DNA of 63,757 nucleotides, the filler included. It is 6 parts of 6 records of this genome, joined end to end, with 100 filler letters (N's around TTAATTAATTAA, not from the genome) between each part and the next. Parts side by side here need not be neighbours in the genome. Positions count along the whole stretch, not along the records: positions 13,812 to 21,942 come from SRR20825010_1497; positions 22,043 to 36,614 come from SRR20825010_1498; 4 more parts are not named here. One strand, given 5' to 3'. Of this stretch, positions 18,141-28,414 are shown in pieces. The stretch's first letter is position 1, and every line of letters begins with the position of its first letter. The notes below the pieces were generated by a model. The model was not told the origin of the DNA, did no database searches, and worked only from the letters and a program-made list of their open reading frames with translations. The translations under genes and the position numbers were made by a program.

Positions 18141-20279
18141 ATGAGCGACGCGACAGCATCAAATAGCAAGACCGGCGGACTTCTGAGCGGCTTTGGCCTG
18201 CCCGGTCTCACACCTCTGGGCGTGTTGAACAATCTGTCCAAGCGCGGCGACCTTGCACTCGCCATCGGCATCATGACCATCATCGTGGTCTTGATCTTGC
18301 CGATGCCGGCCTTCCTGCTCGACTTCTCACTGGCCATCTCGATCACATTCTCCGTGCTCGTTCTGATGACCGCGCTCTTCATTCAGAAGCCTCTCGAATT
18401 CAGCGCTTTCCCGACCGTGCTGCTCATTGCCACCATGATGCGTCTAGCCCTCAATCTGGCGTCAACCCGTCTTATTCTGGCCCACGGTCACGATGGCACG
18501 GACGCCGCCGGTCAAGTTATTCAGGCCTTTGGCAGCTTCGTCATGCAGGGCAACTTCGTCATTGGCGTGATTGTCTTTGCCATTCTGGTCATCGTGAACT
18601 TCGTCGTCATTACCAAAGGTTCTGGCCGTATCGCCGAAGTCGGCGCCCGTTTCAGCTTGGATGCTATGCCCGGCAAGCAGATGGCGATCGACGCCGATCT
18701 TTCAGCAGGCCTCATTGACGAAAAAGTCGCCAAGCAACGCCGTAGCGACCTTGAAAATGAAAGCTCGTTCTTCGGTTCGATGGATGGTGCGTCTAAATTC
18801 GTGCGTGGTGACGCAGTCGCCGGCCTGCTCATCACCTTCATCAACGTCATCGGTGGCATCATTGTCGGTGTCGCCCAAAACGACCTTAGCTTCGCGCAAG
18901 CCGCTCAGACCTACACGATCCTCACAGTCGGCGACGGTCTTGTCAGCCAGATCCCTGCCCTGATCGTTTCGACAGCAGCGGGTCTTCTCGTATCTAAAGC
19001 CGGTGTTGAAGGTGCCGCCGATCAGGCCCTGTTTGATCAGCTCTCTGGCTATCCCCAGGCTTTGGGTCTGTCCTCGATCGTCATGGGAATCATGGCTTTC
19101 CTCCCCGGTCTGCCGATGATCCCGTTCCTCGCCCTTTCAGGTGCCACGGGTGCCATTGCCTATTACACAAAGAAATCTCATCGGGAGAAAGCCGAAGCCT
19201 TGGTGCAGGCCGAAGTCACTGAAGCCGCGGCTGTCCCCGTCGCAGAAGAGCCGATCAGCACAGCGCTGAAGATGGACGAACTACGCCTTGAAATCGGTTA
19301 TGCGCTACTACCACTCATCAATGGCAAGGATCATCAGAAGCTCACCGACCAGATCAAAGCACTGCGTCGTCAAATGGCAACCGATATGGGTTTTGTCATG
19401 CCGTCGGTGCGCATTCTCGACAATGTGCAGCTCGAAGCCAACGCCTATGCTATTCGCGTCAAGGAAGTGGAAGCCGGTCGTGGCGACGTCTATGTCAACC
19501 AGCTCCTCGTCATGGACCCCCATGGCAGCCAGATAGAATTGCCGGGACTTCACACAACCGAGCCCGCTTTCGGTCTGCCTGCGACATGGATCGACGAAAA
19601 TCTGCGCGAGGAAGCTTCCTTCCGTGGTTACACAGTGGTCGATCCGCCCACCGTGCTCACCACACATCTCACCGAGATCATTCGCGACAATATGGCTGAC
19701 CTGCTGTCCTATGCCGAAGTGCAGAAGCTCATCAACGAGCTGGGCACCGAGCACAAGAAACTGGTCGAGGATATCGTTCCCGCGCAGATCACGGTTACGG
19801 GCATTCAGCGCGTTCTCCAGACACTTCTCACCGAACGCATCTCAATCCGCGATCTTCCCACAATCATGGAAGGCATTGCAGAAGCAGTTGGCCACACACA
19901 GAGCCTCAACATGATCACAGAACATGTCCGCGCTCGCCTTGCCCGCCAGATTTGTGCTTCGCATGTCGATCAGGACAATGCCTTGCCGCTCGTCACTCTT
20001 TCTCCGCGTTGGGAACAGTCTTTCGCAGAATCCATTGTCGGTCAGGGCGAAGACCGTCAGCTCGCCATGCAGCCCTCCAAACTTCAGGAATTTATCGGCG
20101 CATTGCGTGATACCTATGAAGAAGCTGGCCGTCAGGGCGAGAGCCCCGTTCTGCTGACCAGCCCGGGCGTACGTCCTTTCGTTCGCTCAATCGTCGAGCG
20201 CTTCCGCCCTCAGACATTCGTTATGTCGCAGAGCGAAATTCATCCCCGCGCACGCCTGCGCACGATCGGCGCGGTCTAG
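18141..20279 (+). CDS. flhA: Flagellar export protein FlhA
   Basis: FSAFPTVLL, RIAEVGARFSLDAMPGKQMAIDADL, FFGSMDGASKFVRGDA, EPAFGLPA.WI. Confidence 0.97.
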   Translation: MSDATASNSKTGGLLSGFGLPGLTPLGVLNNLSKRGDLALAIGIMTIIVVLILPMPAFLLDFSLAISITFSVLVLMTALFIQKPLEFSAFPTVLLIATMMRLALNLASTRLILAHGHDGTDAAGQVIQAFGSFVMQGNFVIGVIVFAILVIVNFVVITKGSGRIAEVGARFSLDAMPGKQMAIDADLSAGLIDEKVAKQRRSDLENESSFFGSMDGASKFVRGDAVAGLLITFINVIGGIIVGVAQNDLSFAQAAQTYTILTVGDGLVSQIPALIVSTAAGLLVSKAGVEGAADQALFDQLSGYPQALGLSSIVMGIMAFLPGLPMIPFLALSGATGAIAYYTKKSHREKAEALVQAEVTEAAAVPVAEEPISTALKMDELRLEIGYALLPLINGKDHQKLTDQIKALRRQMATDMGFVMPSVRILDNVQLEANAYAIRVKEVEAGRGDVYVNQLLVMDPHGSQIELPGLHTTEPAFGLPATWIDENLREEASFRGYTVVDPPTVLTTHLTEIIRDNMADLLSYAEVQKLINELGTEHKKLVEDIVPAQITVTGIQRVLQTLLTERISIRDLPTIMEGIAEAVGHTQSLNMITEHVRARLARQICASHVDQDNALPLVTLSPRWEQSFAESIVGQGEDRQLAMQPSKLQEFIGALRDTYEEAGRQGESPVLLTSPGVRPFVRSIVERFRPQTFVMSQSEIHPRARLRTIGAV

Positions 20280-20295
20280 CCGCAGGAGTAATTGA

Positions 20296-21432
20296 GTGCG
20301 TCTAAGAACCTTCATCGCGGCGAACATGGCCGATGCGATCGACGAAGTTCGCCGCGAGATGGGTTCTGACGCCATTATCATCTCCAATTTTGTCAATGAC
20401 AGCGGTCAGACAGAAGTCACAGCGGCGGTAGAGACATCCCAGACCTCTCGCAATGCGCCCGCGCCGACCGATTCCGAACCGGCTCTTTCCGCCATTCCCG
20501 ATTTCGAAGCCGCGTTAGAAAAACGCTTGCGCGACAAATTACGCCGCGCGCCAAGCCTCATTGCAGAAACAAATGTACCGCTTGCGCATTCCGGCATTCA
20601 GTTTGATCGCGACCAATTGGCAAAGGCGCTCGACCGACAATTCATACCGCGCGAATTGCGTGATGCCTTAGTCGATGCCGCTATTGCCTTCGATGATGAC
20701 GACGCGGTTATTGCTCTGTCGCATGCACTTGATCTGCGCCTGAATTTTGAGCCTCTGCCTCTCGCCCCGCGCGCGCCCGTCATGTTGGTCGGAATGCCAG
20801 GCGCAGGAAAAACCGTGACGCTAGCAAAACTTGCCGCAAACGCAATCATGGACGGGAAAACACCCGACCTTATCACCACTGATACGCAACGCGCCGGCGC
20901 TGCCGCACAAGGTCAGGCCTATAGCCAGCTTCTCGATCAAACCCTGCACATGGCCGACAGCATCGATACGCTGTCACTGCTACTGGAGGAAAATGCTGCC
21001 AGTGGCAACCACTTGCCCGATCTGACACAGCATCCCTGTTTTATCGATACAGCAAGCGTTAATCCCTTTGATCGCGTGGAATGGACCGCCTTGAAACGCA
21101 TGGTGGATGGTGCGCGCATCGTCGCCGACGCTGAGCCTGTGCTGATACTGGCGGCAACAGGCGATGCAGATCTCATGGGTGAGGTTGCCACACAATTTGC
21201 GAGCCTCGGGGTCCGCCGCCTGATTACGACACAGGTGGATATTTCCAGACGTATCGGCTCCGTGCTTACAGCGGCAGACACCTCGCGCCTGTCATTGGCA
21301 CAACTCAGTGTCACCCCCTATCTCGCCCGCGGCCTATCGCCAATGCACCCCCATGTTTGCGCGCGTCTAATTCTTGCGCCCCTTGATGCACAGGCTACGC
21401 CACTGGCCACAGCTTCGTCTGACAGAAAGTAA
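20296..21432 (+). CDS. flhF: FlhF-like SRP-family GTPase (degenerate G motifs)
   Basis: MRLRTF.A..M.DA...VR.EMG.DAIIIS N-terminus, GMPGAGKT P-loop; sits between flhA and flhG. Confidence 0.8.
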   Translation: MRLRTFIAANMADAIDEVRREMGSDAIIISNFVNDSGQTEVTAAVETSQTSRNAPAPTDSEPALSAIPDFEAALEKRLRDKLRRAPSLIAETNVPLAHSGIQFDRDQLAKALDRQFIPRELRDALVDAAIAFDDDDAVIALSHALDLRLNFEPLPLAPRAPVMLVGMPGAGKTVTLAKLAANAIMDGKTPDLITTDTQRAGAAAQGQAYSQLLDQTLHMADSIDTLSLLLEENAASGNHLPDLTQHPCFIDTASVNPFDRVEWTALKRMVDGARIVADAEPVLILAATGDADLMGEVATQFASLGVRRLITTQVDISRRIGSVLTAADTSRLSLAQLSVTPYLARGLSPMHPHVCARLILAPLDAQATPLATASSDRK

Positions 21433-21438
21433 AACACC

Positions 21439-21942
21439 ATGACAATGCCCCATCTCGTTCAGATTGCATCCGGCAAAGGCGGCGTCGGCAAAACATGGTT
21501 TTCGATCACACTTGCAGACGCGCTGGCAAGCGAGGCCCGCAAGGTGCTTCTCTTCGACGGCGATTTCGGTCTGGCTAATGTGGATGTACAGCTTGGTCTC
21601 AGCCCGCGCCACGATCTCGGATCAGTTATTTCCGGGCGCGCTTCGCTTGAAGAGGCCATCACCACATTCAGACTTCCCTCGCTCGGCGGCGCCTTTACCG
21701 AATCTCGTTTCGATATATTGGCGGGCAAATCAGGATCCGGCGCTCTGTCTGGGCTGAGTGCCAAAGAAGCTTCCAATATCGCGCTTGGCCTAGCAACGCT
21801 TTCAGACCGCTATGCACATGTCATCTGCGATCTTGCAAGTAGCCTTGACCCGGCAACTCTGTCGCTTTGCACAGCCGGCAGCACAACACTCGTCATTGTG
21901 ACCGACGAGCCAACATCGCTGACCGATGCCTATGCCTTTATC
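21439..21942 (+). CDS. flhG: FlhG/MinD-family ATPase, 3' truncated
   Basis: SGKGGVGKT deviant Walker A, DGDFGLANVD, EPTSLTDAYA. Confidence 0.85.
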
Positions 21943-22042
21943 NNNNNNNNNNNNNNNNNNNNNNNNNNNNNNNNNNNNNNNNNNNNTTAATTAATTAANN
22001 NNNNNNNNNNNNNNNNNNNNNNNNNNNNNNNNNNNNNNNNNN
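21943..22042. other. Artificial contig spacer
   Basis: N block with TTAATTAATTAA. Confidence 0.98.
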
Positions 22043-23239
22043 ATAGGTGCTTAAATGGTTTTCTATGGATTGATTATCGCCAATATCGGTTAGAACATTG
22101 TCGAATAAACACATTTCACTCCGTTCATGTACAGGTACTAAAAGTCCACTTTGGAGCATAACCTGTAATAAACCAACGGTTTTAAGAGTAATACTTTTCC
22201 CACCCGCATTCGGTCCAGAAATAACAATAATTCGGTTTTCCTGATGCAGTTCTATAGTTTGCGGATATGTTTTTTCTCGCTTAGCTTTATTGGTTAAATA
22301 GAGGAGTGGGTGGTAAGCATCTATAATGTTAAATTGCCTTCCTTCTGTAATTTTAGGTAAAAGCGCATTCATCTTGTCTGCATACTTTGCTTTTGCAGCT
22401 ACTACATCAATGCGTGTTAAAAATGCTTGATAATCTATTAATAAGTCTCTATAATCTCGGATGAAATTGGTAAGAGATTTTAATATTTTCTGAACTTCTT
22501 CCTTTTCTTCATACTCCAAATTATTAAGTTCTCGGTTATAGTGGCGCGTAGCTTCTGGCTCAATATAAACAATACTTCCTGTTTTGGAATTTCCCATAAT
22601 AGCGCCTTTTACACGCTTTCGATACATAGCTTTTACAGCAAGTACACGACGGTTATCAATTACCGTTTCTCTAATGTCGTCTAATAAACCTGCCGAAGCA
22701 TAACTACTCAGCGCACCAGCAAAACTTTGATTGATTTTACCACGAACTAAATTCATATCCTTACGAATATTGAATAGCGAAGGAGAAGCATCATCTTTTA
22801 TTTCTCCAAAACGATCTATTACCTGTTCTATTTGTTGCTGAATTTCTTTTGTAAATTCAATCTCCTGCGCAAGTAGATGAAGCGTAGGATAATACTCATG
22901 AAATTTTTTATAAAAGAGAATATGATTATTTACTGTTACAGAAATAGAAGCAATCTTTTTGAATCCTTCAACTTCAATAACCGTATTTTCAATTTTTAAT
23001 AGCTGAATCTCTTTAGAAATAGCATCAAAATAATGAGGTGGGATGCTATTATTATTTTCAAAAGAAGCCAGGTATTCATTCGTTAAATGCAAAGAAGTAA
23101 AAAGTTCCTCTTTTTTTCGAAATGGTTTTATTTGTAAAGCACTTTCTTTTCCTAGTTCGGTATTACAGATTTCGGAAACCTGTGTAAGGACTTTAGAAAA
23201 TTCAAGGTCTTGTAATGTTTTATCGTGTATTTTATTCAT
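22043..23239 (-). CDS. mutS2: MutS2 endonuclease/ATPase, 3' truncated
   Basis: KTL.DLEF.KV, D.AS..L..IR, SKTGSIVYIEP, ISGPNAGGKS..LK, DIGDNQSIENHLSTY. Confidence 0.93.
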
Positions 23240-23270
23240 ATAAATTAGATCCGAATGCTTTGGATTCCTG

Positions 23271-23278
23271 CAAATTTA
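23271..23278 (-). promoter_or_regulatory. Bacteroidetes -7 element (TAAATTTG) upstream of mutS2
   Basis: Exact TAnnTTTG about 30 nt upstream of the ATG. Confidence 0.55.
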
Positions 23279-23418
23279 CATACTAATTTGGATTTATAGT
23301 TACTCGTATAAGAGTTTTAAAAACTAGCTCCTTTATTTTAAATTACTAAATGAAAATAGTATAATTTTCTATTTATAAAATCCTAAACTTTTATATTTAC
23401 CATTCTAAATTATTAATA

Positions 23419-24084
23419 ATGAATATTGCTATTGAATCTAGTTGGAAAACGGTTTTACATAATGAGTTTGAGAAGGAATATTTTAAAGAATTAACTTCTT
23501 ATGTAAAAGAAGAATATGCTCACCACACTTGTTTTCCTCCAGAAAATGAAATATTCAATGCTTTTAGTTACTGTCCATTTGATGATGTAAAGGTTGTTAT
23601 TATTGGTCAAGATCCATACCATGGGGTTGATCAAGCAAATGGCTTGTGCTTTTCTGTTAAGGAGGGGATTAAACATCCACCCTCCCTAGTAAATATTTTT
23701 AAAGAACTACAAACCAATGTAGGTAAAGAATACCCAGACAGTGGTAATTTAGAAGCTTGGGCAAAGCAAGGGGTACTTCTTTTAAATGCTACCTTAACTG
23801 TTAGAGCCCACGAAGCTGGAAGTCACCAAAAAAAGGGCTGGGAAACTTTTACAGATGTGGTTATTAAAACTATTTCTGATAAAAAAGAAAACGTTGTTTT
23901 TTTACTTTGGGGAGGCTATGCCAAAAGAAAAGTAAAATTAATAGACACCAACAAACATGATATATTAACTTCTGGACACCCATCTCCACTTAGTGCAAAT
24001 AGAGGATTTTGGTTTGGAAATAATCATTTTAGTAAGTGTAATGAGATTTTACTAAAAAACAATAAAGAGCCTATACTTTGGTAA
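23419..24084 (+). CDS. ung: Uracil-DNA glycosylase (family 1)
   Basis: GQDPYH, PPSL.NIFKEL, GVLLLNATLTV, HPSPLS. Confidence 0.97.
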   Translation: MNIAIESSWKTVLHNEFEKEYFKELTSYVKEEYAHHTCFPPENEIFNAFSYCPFDDVKVVIIGQDPYHGVDQANGLCFSVKEGIKHPPSLVNIFKELQTNVGKEYPDSGNLEAWAKQGVLLLNATLTVRAHEAGSHQKKGWETFTDVVIKTISDKKENVVFLLWGGYAKRKVKLIDTNKHDILTSGHPSPLSANRGFWFGNNHFSKCNEILLKNNKEPILW

Positions 24085-24922
24085 CAATTTTAGAATAAGG
24101 TAGTGTTTTTTCAATAATTGCCAATCTTTCTAGTTGTTCTTGAATGTTTTTAACCATAATAGGAGTGATGTTTTCCTGACTCCATCGGGTAATAGAAAGC
24201 CACTCTTGGATGTCTTCAACTTTTTGTTCATATCTATTAGCTAACATTCTGTCAATGCTTGGAATGTCTTTAAAATCTTCCGTATAAGTATTAATTACTT
24301 CAAGAATATGATTTACTAGAGAAGGACTTTTCTCCAGCAATTTATCTGTAACCGCAATTACAAAGCAAGGCCATGGAGTAGGGCAGTCGTCAACTCTACG
24401 GAAAACGCCTTTATCTACCAAAGGTTTTGTTGTAAAGTGCTCCCACATAAAATAATCGGCAGTACCATTGTTTAAGGCTTCAATAGCGCCATCTACATTG
24501 TTTACAACCTCAAATTCTAGATTTTTATAACTCCAACCATTATTATTGGCATTTACAACAGCCATTAAATGACTTCCGCTTCCGTATCTAGAAATAGCAG
24601 CCTTTTTATCTTTTAAATCAGCTACTTTTTTATTAGATGAATTAGCGGCAACATGAATTCCCCAATATAAAGGCGATTGTACAAAAACCTGAACTATCTT
24701 TGAAGGATTTCCTGCAACAATATCTTTAACAATTCCTTCAGTAAGAATAATTGCAATATCGGTTTCACCTTCGCGAAGCATAGTACACATTCTTCCAGTA
24801 CCTTCAGGAACTTCTGTCCACTCTAAATCGATTCCTCGGTTTTCGAATGCACCGTCTTCTATAGCTAAATGCCAAGGTAAATTGAAATGCTCAGGAACAC
24901 CAGCAATTTTAATTTTCTTCAT
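24071..24922 (-). CDS. NMT1/SsuA-like substrate-binding-domain protein (no signal peptide)
   Basis: GVPEHFNLPW, GTGRM, ISRYGSGSHLMA, FMWEHFTTKP, TPWPCF. Confidence 0.75.
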   Translation of the reverse strand: MKKIKIAGVPEHFNLPWHLAIEDGAFENRGIDLEWTEVPEGTGRMCTMLREGETDIAIILTEGIVKDIVAGNPSKIVQVFVQSPLYWGIHVAANSSNKKVADLKDKKAAISRYGSGSHLMAVVNANNNGWSYKNLEFEVVNNVDGAIEALNNGTADYFMWEHFTTKPLVDKGVFRRVDDCPTPWPCFVIAVTDKLLEKSPSLVNHILEVINTYTEDFKDIPSIDRMLANRYEQKVEDIQEWLSITRWSQENITPIMVKNIQEQLERLAIIEKTLPYSKIVTKV

Positions 24923-24988
24923 CTTTATACAGCTTTTATGTAGGGGTTTTTAGCAATTTTATCTTAGGTCAAAGCTAAATAAAAGAGT

Positions 24989-25864
24989 TTAAATGTGCGT
25001 AATTTTTTCTAGTGTATATTGAATAAGTTTTTCGGTAGCTTTTAGTGGATCTTTAGAAAAATTTCCGTTAGGTCGATTTGCAAGAATACAATTCATAGAT
25101 ACCGCTTTATGTCCTAGTAATTTTGCCAAGCCATAAATTCCAGCGGTTTCCATTTCTAAATTAGTAATCTTTAGTCCGTTGTAATCAAAGGATGCTAATT
25201 TATCGTTTAAAGAGGGATCTTGAACTTCTAAACGTAATTTTCTAGATTGCGGACCATAAAATCCAACATTGGTTGCTGTAAATCCTAAATGTACATTTTC
25301 AGATAGTAATTTACTTGCTAAACTTTCATCATAAGCAACAACATAAGGCATTGATTTTTTCTGAAACCAATTGGTATGTTTTACTATTTTTTGCTGAATG
25401 TCTGTATATTGAATCTCTTCACTTTGGTAAAAATGAAGCAAACTATCAAACCCCACCGCATATTCACTCATTAAAAAGTCGTCTACCTTAATTTCTGGCT
25501 GAAGAGAGCCTGTTGTTCCAATTCTAATAATATTAAGAGAGGTGAGTTTCTTTTTTATAGTGCGGGTAGCAAAATCTATATTTACTAAAGCATCGAGTTC
25601 ATTTAAAACAATATCAATATTATCCGTTCCAATTCCTGTAGAAATTACAGAAATTCGCTTATTATTTAAGGTTCCGGTATGTGTTACAAACTCTCGTTTT
25701 CCTTTTTTCAACTCAATAGTGTCAAAATACTTAGAAACCGTAGCCACTCTGTCTGGATCTCCAACAGTTATTATGGTGTCTGCAATGTCTTCTGGAAGAA
25801 GATTTAAATGATAAATACTGCCGTCGTCATTCAGTATCAATTCAGATTCAGCAATTTTTGCCAT
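24989..25864 (-). CDS. Nucleoside (uridine-type) phosphorylase
   Basis: YHL.L, VGDPDRV, KREF.THTG, STGIG.DN, IRIGT.G, FYGPQ, NLEMET. Confidence 0.88.
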   Translation of the reverse strand: MAKIAESELILNDDGSIYHLNLLPEDIADTIITVGDPDRVATVSKYFDTIELKKGKREFVTHTGTLNNKRISVISTGIGTDNIDIVLNELDALVNIDFATRTIKKKLTSLNIIRIGTTGSLQPEIKVDDFLMSEYAVGFDSLLHFYQSEEIQYTDIQQKIVKHTNWFQKKSMPYVVAYDESLASKLLSENVHLGFTATNVGFYGPQSRKLRLEVQDPSLNDKLASFDYNGLKITNLEMETAGIYGLAKLLGHKAVSMNCILANRPNGNFSKDPLKATEKLIQYTLEKITHI

Positions 25865-25865
25865 T

Positions 25866-26798
25866 TTATAGTTTTAGGAGTTGTTCACTATCTTCCATAA
25901 ATAAAAAAGAATATTTTGGAGTCCCTCCTAAATATTCCTTGTCGCTACGTATGTTTGGATAGTAATTTTCTAATTTCTCGGCTACTTTAGCACCTGTTTT
26001 GGTAAGTTTTACAGGATTAAAAGATTTAAATAAAGGTCTTAAATTATTCGCCATTTTTACAAATTGAATGTCTCCAAAACCATAGATTCCTTGATCTAGA
26101 AGCATTTCTTGTATAATGTCGTCTTTTGACTTTAGTTGTTTATTAAGACTTTTTTCCAACATTTTATTTTCCAACTCATTCAATCCATTTTTTAAGCTCG
26201 GAAACCTATGAATATGAGATTCCATAGCTTTGGATAAATAGGTAAGCTGACTCGTGTTTTGTTTGATTGCATTTTGAAGTCTTATAGGATTGTTCTCACA
26301 ATACAATTGCCAGATATAATCTCCATATTCAATATCATCTTTAGTTAGTAAAACTCTATTTTCGTAAAGTTTTTCTAATTTCTCTTTGCTGAGTTCTGTA
26401 AGTGCATATAGTTTATCTGTAGCATCTTCTTTTCCAGAACAAGCTAAAAATATATCTGCATCACTACGGTTTTTCTTTAACCAACTCAATACAGCAATCA
26501 TATTAACTTGACAAAAAAGATCGTATTCAAACCAGAGAACAATTTCCTCTTGACTCTTTTGATTACATAAGTTCCTATATTCTTTTAAAGTCCTATTTAT
26601 AAAGGTGTCTTTTGTAATTTTATAGGCTCTGTTGAGGAATTCGTAGCGTTGACGCCAAAAGGATTCACTACCAACTTCATTAATAGTTTTTCCTTCACAT
26701 AGCATTTCTCGCCACGTAATTATATCACCAGAAATATTGAGTTCGTTTAAGACAGTAGTAAAGCTGTCTCCGTTTGTAATATGAAGTGTCTTAGCCAT
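25866..26798 (-). CDS. DUF1835-domain protein
   Basis: LHITNGD, WREMLCEG, LWFEYDLFCQ.N, RFP...NGL..LE, GFGD.Q. Confidence 0.75.
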   Translation of the reverse strand: MAKTLHITNGDSFTTVLNELNISGDIITWREMLCEGKTINEVGSESFWRQRYEFLNRAYKITKDTFINRTLKEYRNLCNQKSQEEIVLWFEYDLFCQVNMIAVLSWLKKNRSDADIFLACSGKEDATDKLYALTELSKEKLEKLYENRVLLTKDDIEYGDYIWQLYCENNPIRLQNAIKQNTSQLTYLSKAMESHIHRFPSLKNGLNELENKMLEKSLNKQLKSKDDIIQEMLLDQGIYGFGDIQFVKMANNLRPLFKSFNPVKLTKTGAKVAEKLENYYPNIRSDKEYLGGTPKYSFLFMEDSEQLLKL

Positions 26799-26951
26799 TT
26801 AATATAGGGTTGAGGACTGTAAATGTATTAAATACGATTTAATAAACAAGAAAAAGTACGTTAATTCTATAACGATTCTAATTAATATTTATTGAATAAA
26901 AACTAGAATAATCCGAGAGTGCCTGCTATGGTTTATCTTCCAACTAATTCG

Positions 26952-27281
26952 TTAACCTCCAACACGTTTCACTTTAAAACCTTTTTCTTTTAATAGCTCC
27001 ATTATAGTATCCCTAAAATCTCCTTGAAGGATTATTTTGTCATCTTTAAAAGAACCTCCAACACTAAGTTTTGTTTTTAATTCTTTGGCTAATTTTTTAA
27101 AATCTTCTGTAGCGCCAGTATATCCGTCAATTATAGTAATAGGTTTTCCTTTGCGCTTTTCATATTTACATAAAAGCGGGTCTTCTTGCATCCAGATGGC
27201 GTTTGGATCTGCTTTTTGCGTTGGTTCTTCTTTAAATTCGTGTTCCGGAAATAAATTTTTTAATTGGTCTTGTAAGTCCAT
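26952..27281 (-). CDS. Translation initiation factor SUI1/YciH-family protein
   Basis: EKRKGKP.TII.G, LK..L.VGGS.KD..IILQGD.R, ends KRVGG. Confidence 0.9.
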   Translation of the reverse strand: MDLQDQLKNLFPEHEFKEEPTQKADPNAIWMQEDPLLCKYEKRKGKPITIIDGYTGATEDFKKLAKELKTKLSVGGSFKDDKIILQGDFRDTIMELLKEKGFKVKRVGG

Positions 27282-27310
27282 TTTTACGATTCGTAATTTT
27301 TAGAAAGAAA

Positions 27311-28261
27311 TTATACTTTAATTAATCCAAGTTCAATTAAACGCTCATAAAGAAACTCTCCAGAGGTAATATCATCATAAAGTTTAGGATGCTCATCATC
27401 AATACAATTTTCTAGTACATCTAATGGCATGTCACTTACAGGATGCATAAAAAACGGTACCGAATAGCGAGAAGTTCCCCAAAGTTCTTTTGGCGGATTA
27501 ATAACTTGATGGATAGTAGATTTTAGTCTGTTATTAGTATGTCTAGAAAGCATATCTCCAACATTAATCATTAATTCGTCGGGTTCTGCAATAGCATCAA
27601 TCCATTCTCCCTCATGATTTTGTACTTGAAGTCCTCTTCCTTGAGCTCCCATTAATAAGGTAATCAAGTTAATATCTCCATGTGCGGCAGCTCTTACAGC
27701 ATTTTTTGGTTCTTCTTTAATTGGAGGGTAGTGAATAGGGCGTAAAATAGAATTCCCATTTTTAATGTACTTATCAAAATAGGTTTCTTCTAAATCTAAA
27801 TGTAAAGCTAAAGCTCTTAAAACATATTTGGCAGTTTTTTCAAGCTGTTTATAGGTTTCTTTTCCTACTTCATTAAAATTTGGAAGCTCTGCTACTTGTA
27901 CATTTTCTGGATATTCTTTTTCTAATTTAGGATTGTCTTCCACATATTGTCCGAAATGCCAAAACTCTTTTAAATCGCCTTCTTTGCGACCTTTAGCATG
28001 TTCTTTTCCGAAGGAAGTATACCCTCTTTGGCCTCCAATTCCTTCAATTTCATATTTGTCTTTTACCTCCTGCGGAAGGTCAAAAAACTTCTTAATTTCA
28101 CTATATAAACCTTCTATTAATTGATCTGATAAAAAATGACCTTTTAAAGCTACAAAACCAATATCTTCATACGCTTTACCAATTTCATTAATAAATTTCT
28201 GCTTTCGAGCAGGGTCTTCAGAAAGAAAATCACTTAAATCAACGCTGGGTACTTTATTCAT
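27311..28261 (-). CDS. 2OG-Fe(II) dioxygenase, isopenicillin N synthase family
   Basis: HGD...H iron triad (AAHGDINLITLL; STIHQV), NVGDML, RYS.PFF. Confidence 0.9.
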   Translation of the reverse strand: MNKVPSVDLSDFLSEDPARKQKFINEIGKAYEDIGFVALKGHFLSDQLIEGLYSEIKKFFDLPQEVKDKYEIEGIGGQRGYTSFGKEHAKGRKEGDLKEFWHFGQYVEDNPKLEKEYPENVQVAELPNFNEVGKETYKQLEKTAKYVLRALALHLDLEETYFDKYIKNGNSILRPIHYPPIKEEPKNAVRAAAHGDINLITLLMGAQGRGLQVQNHEGEWIDAIAEPDELMINVGDMLSRHTNNRLKSTIHQVINPPKELWGTSRYSVPFFMHPVSDMPLDVLENCIDDEHPKLYDDITSGEFLYERLIELGLIKV

Positions 28262-28414
28262 TTTTATAACATTTTTAGAAGCCTAAGCCTCATATATATA
28301 ACAAATGTAGCGATTTATTATGCGATTCTATAATTTCAAAAAGAACATTTTTCAACACATAAAAACTACTTATATGATACTATTTTTTTCTAAATTTGAT
28401 TTAAAGCTCTAGTT

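Noticed and set aside
13812-21942. Horizontal transfer of flagellar genes into a flavobacterium
   Set aside because: The segment is a separate contig bounded by artificial spacers.
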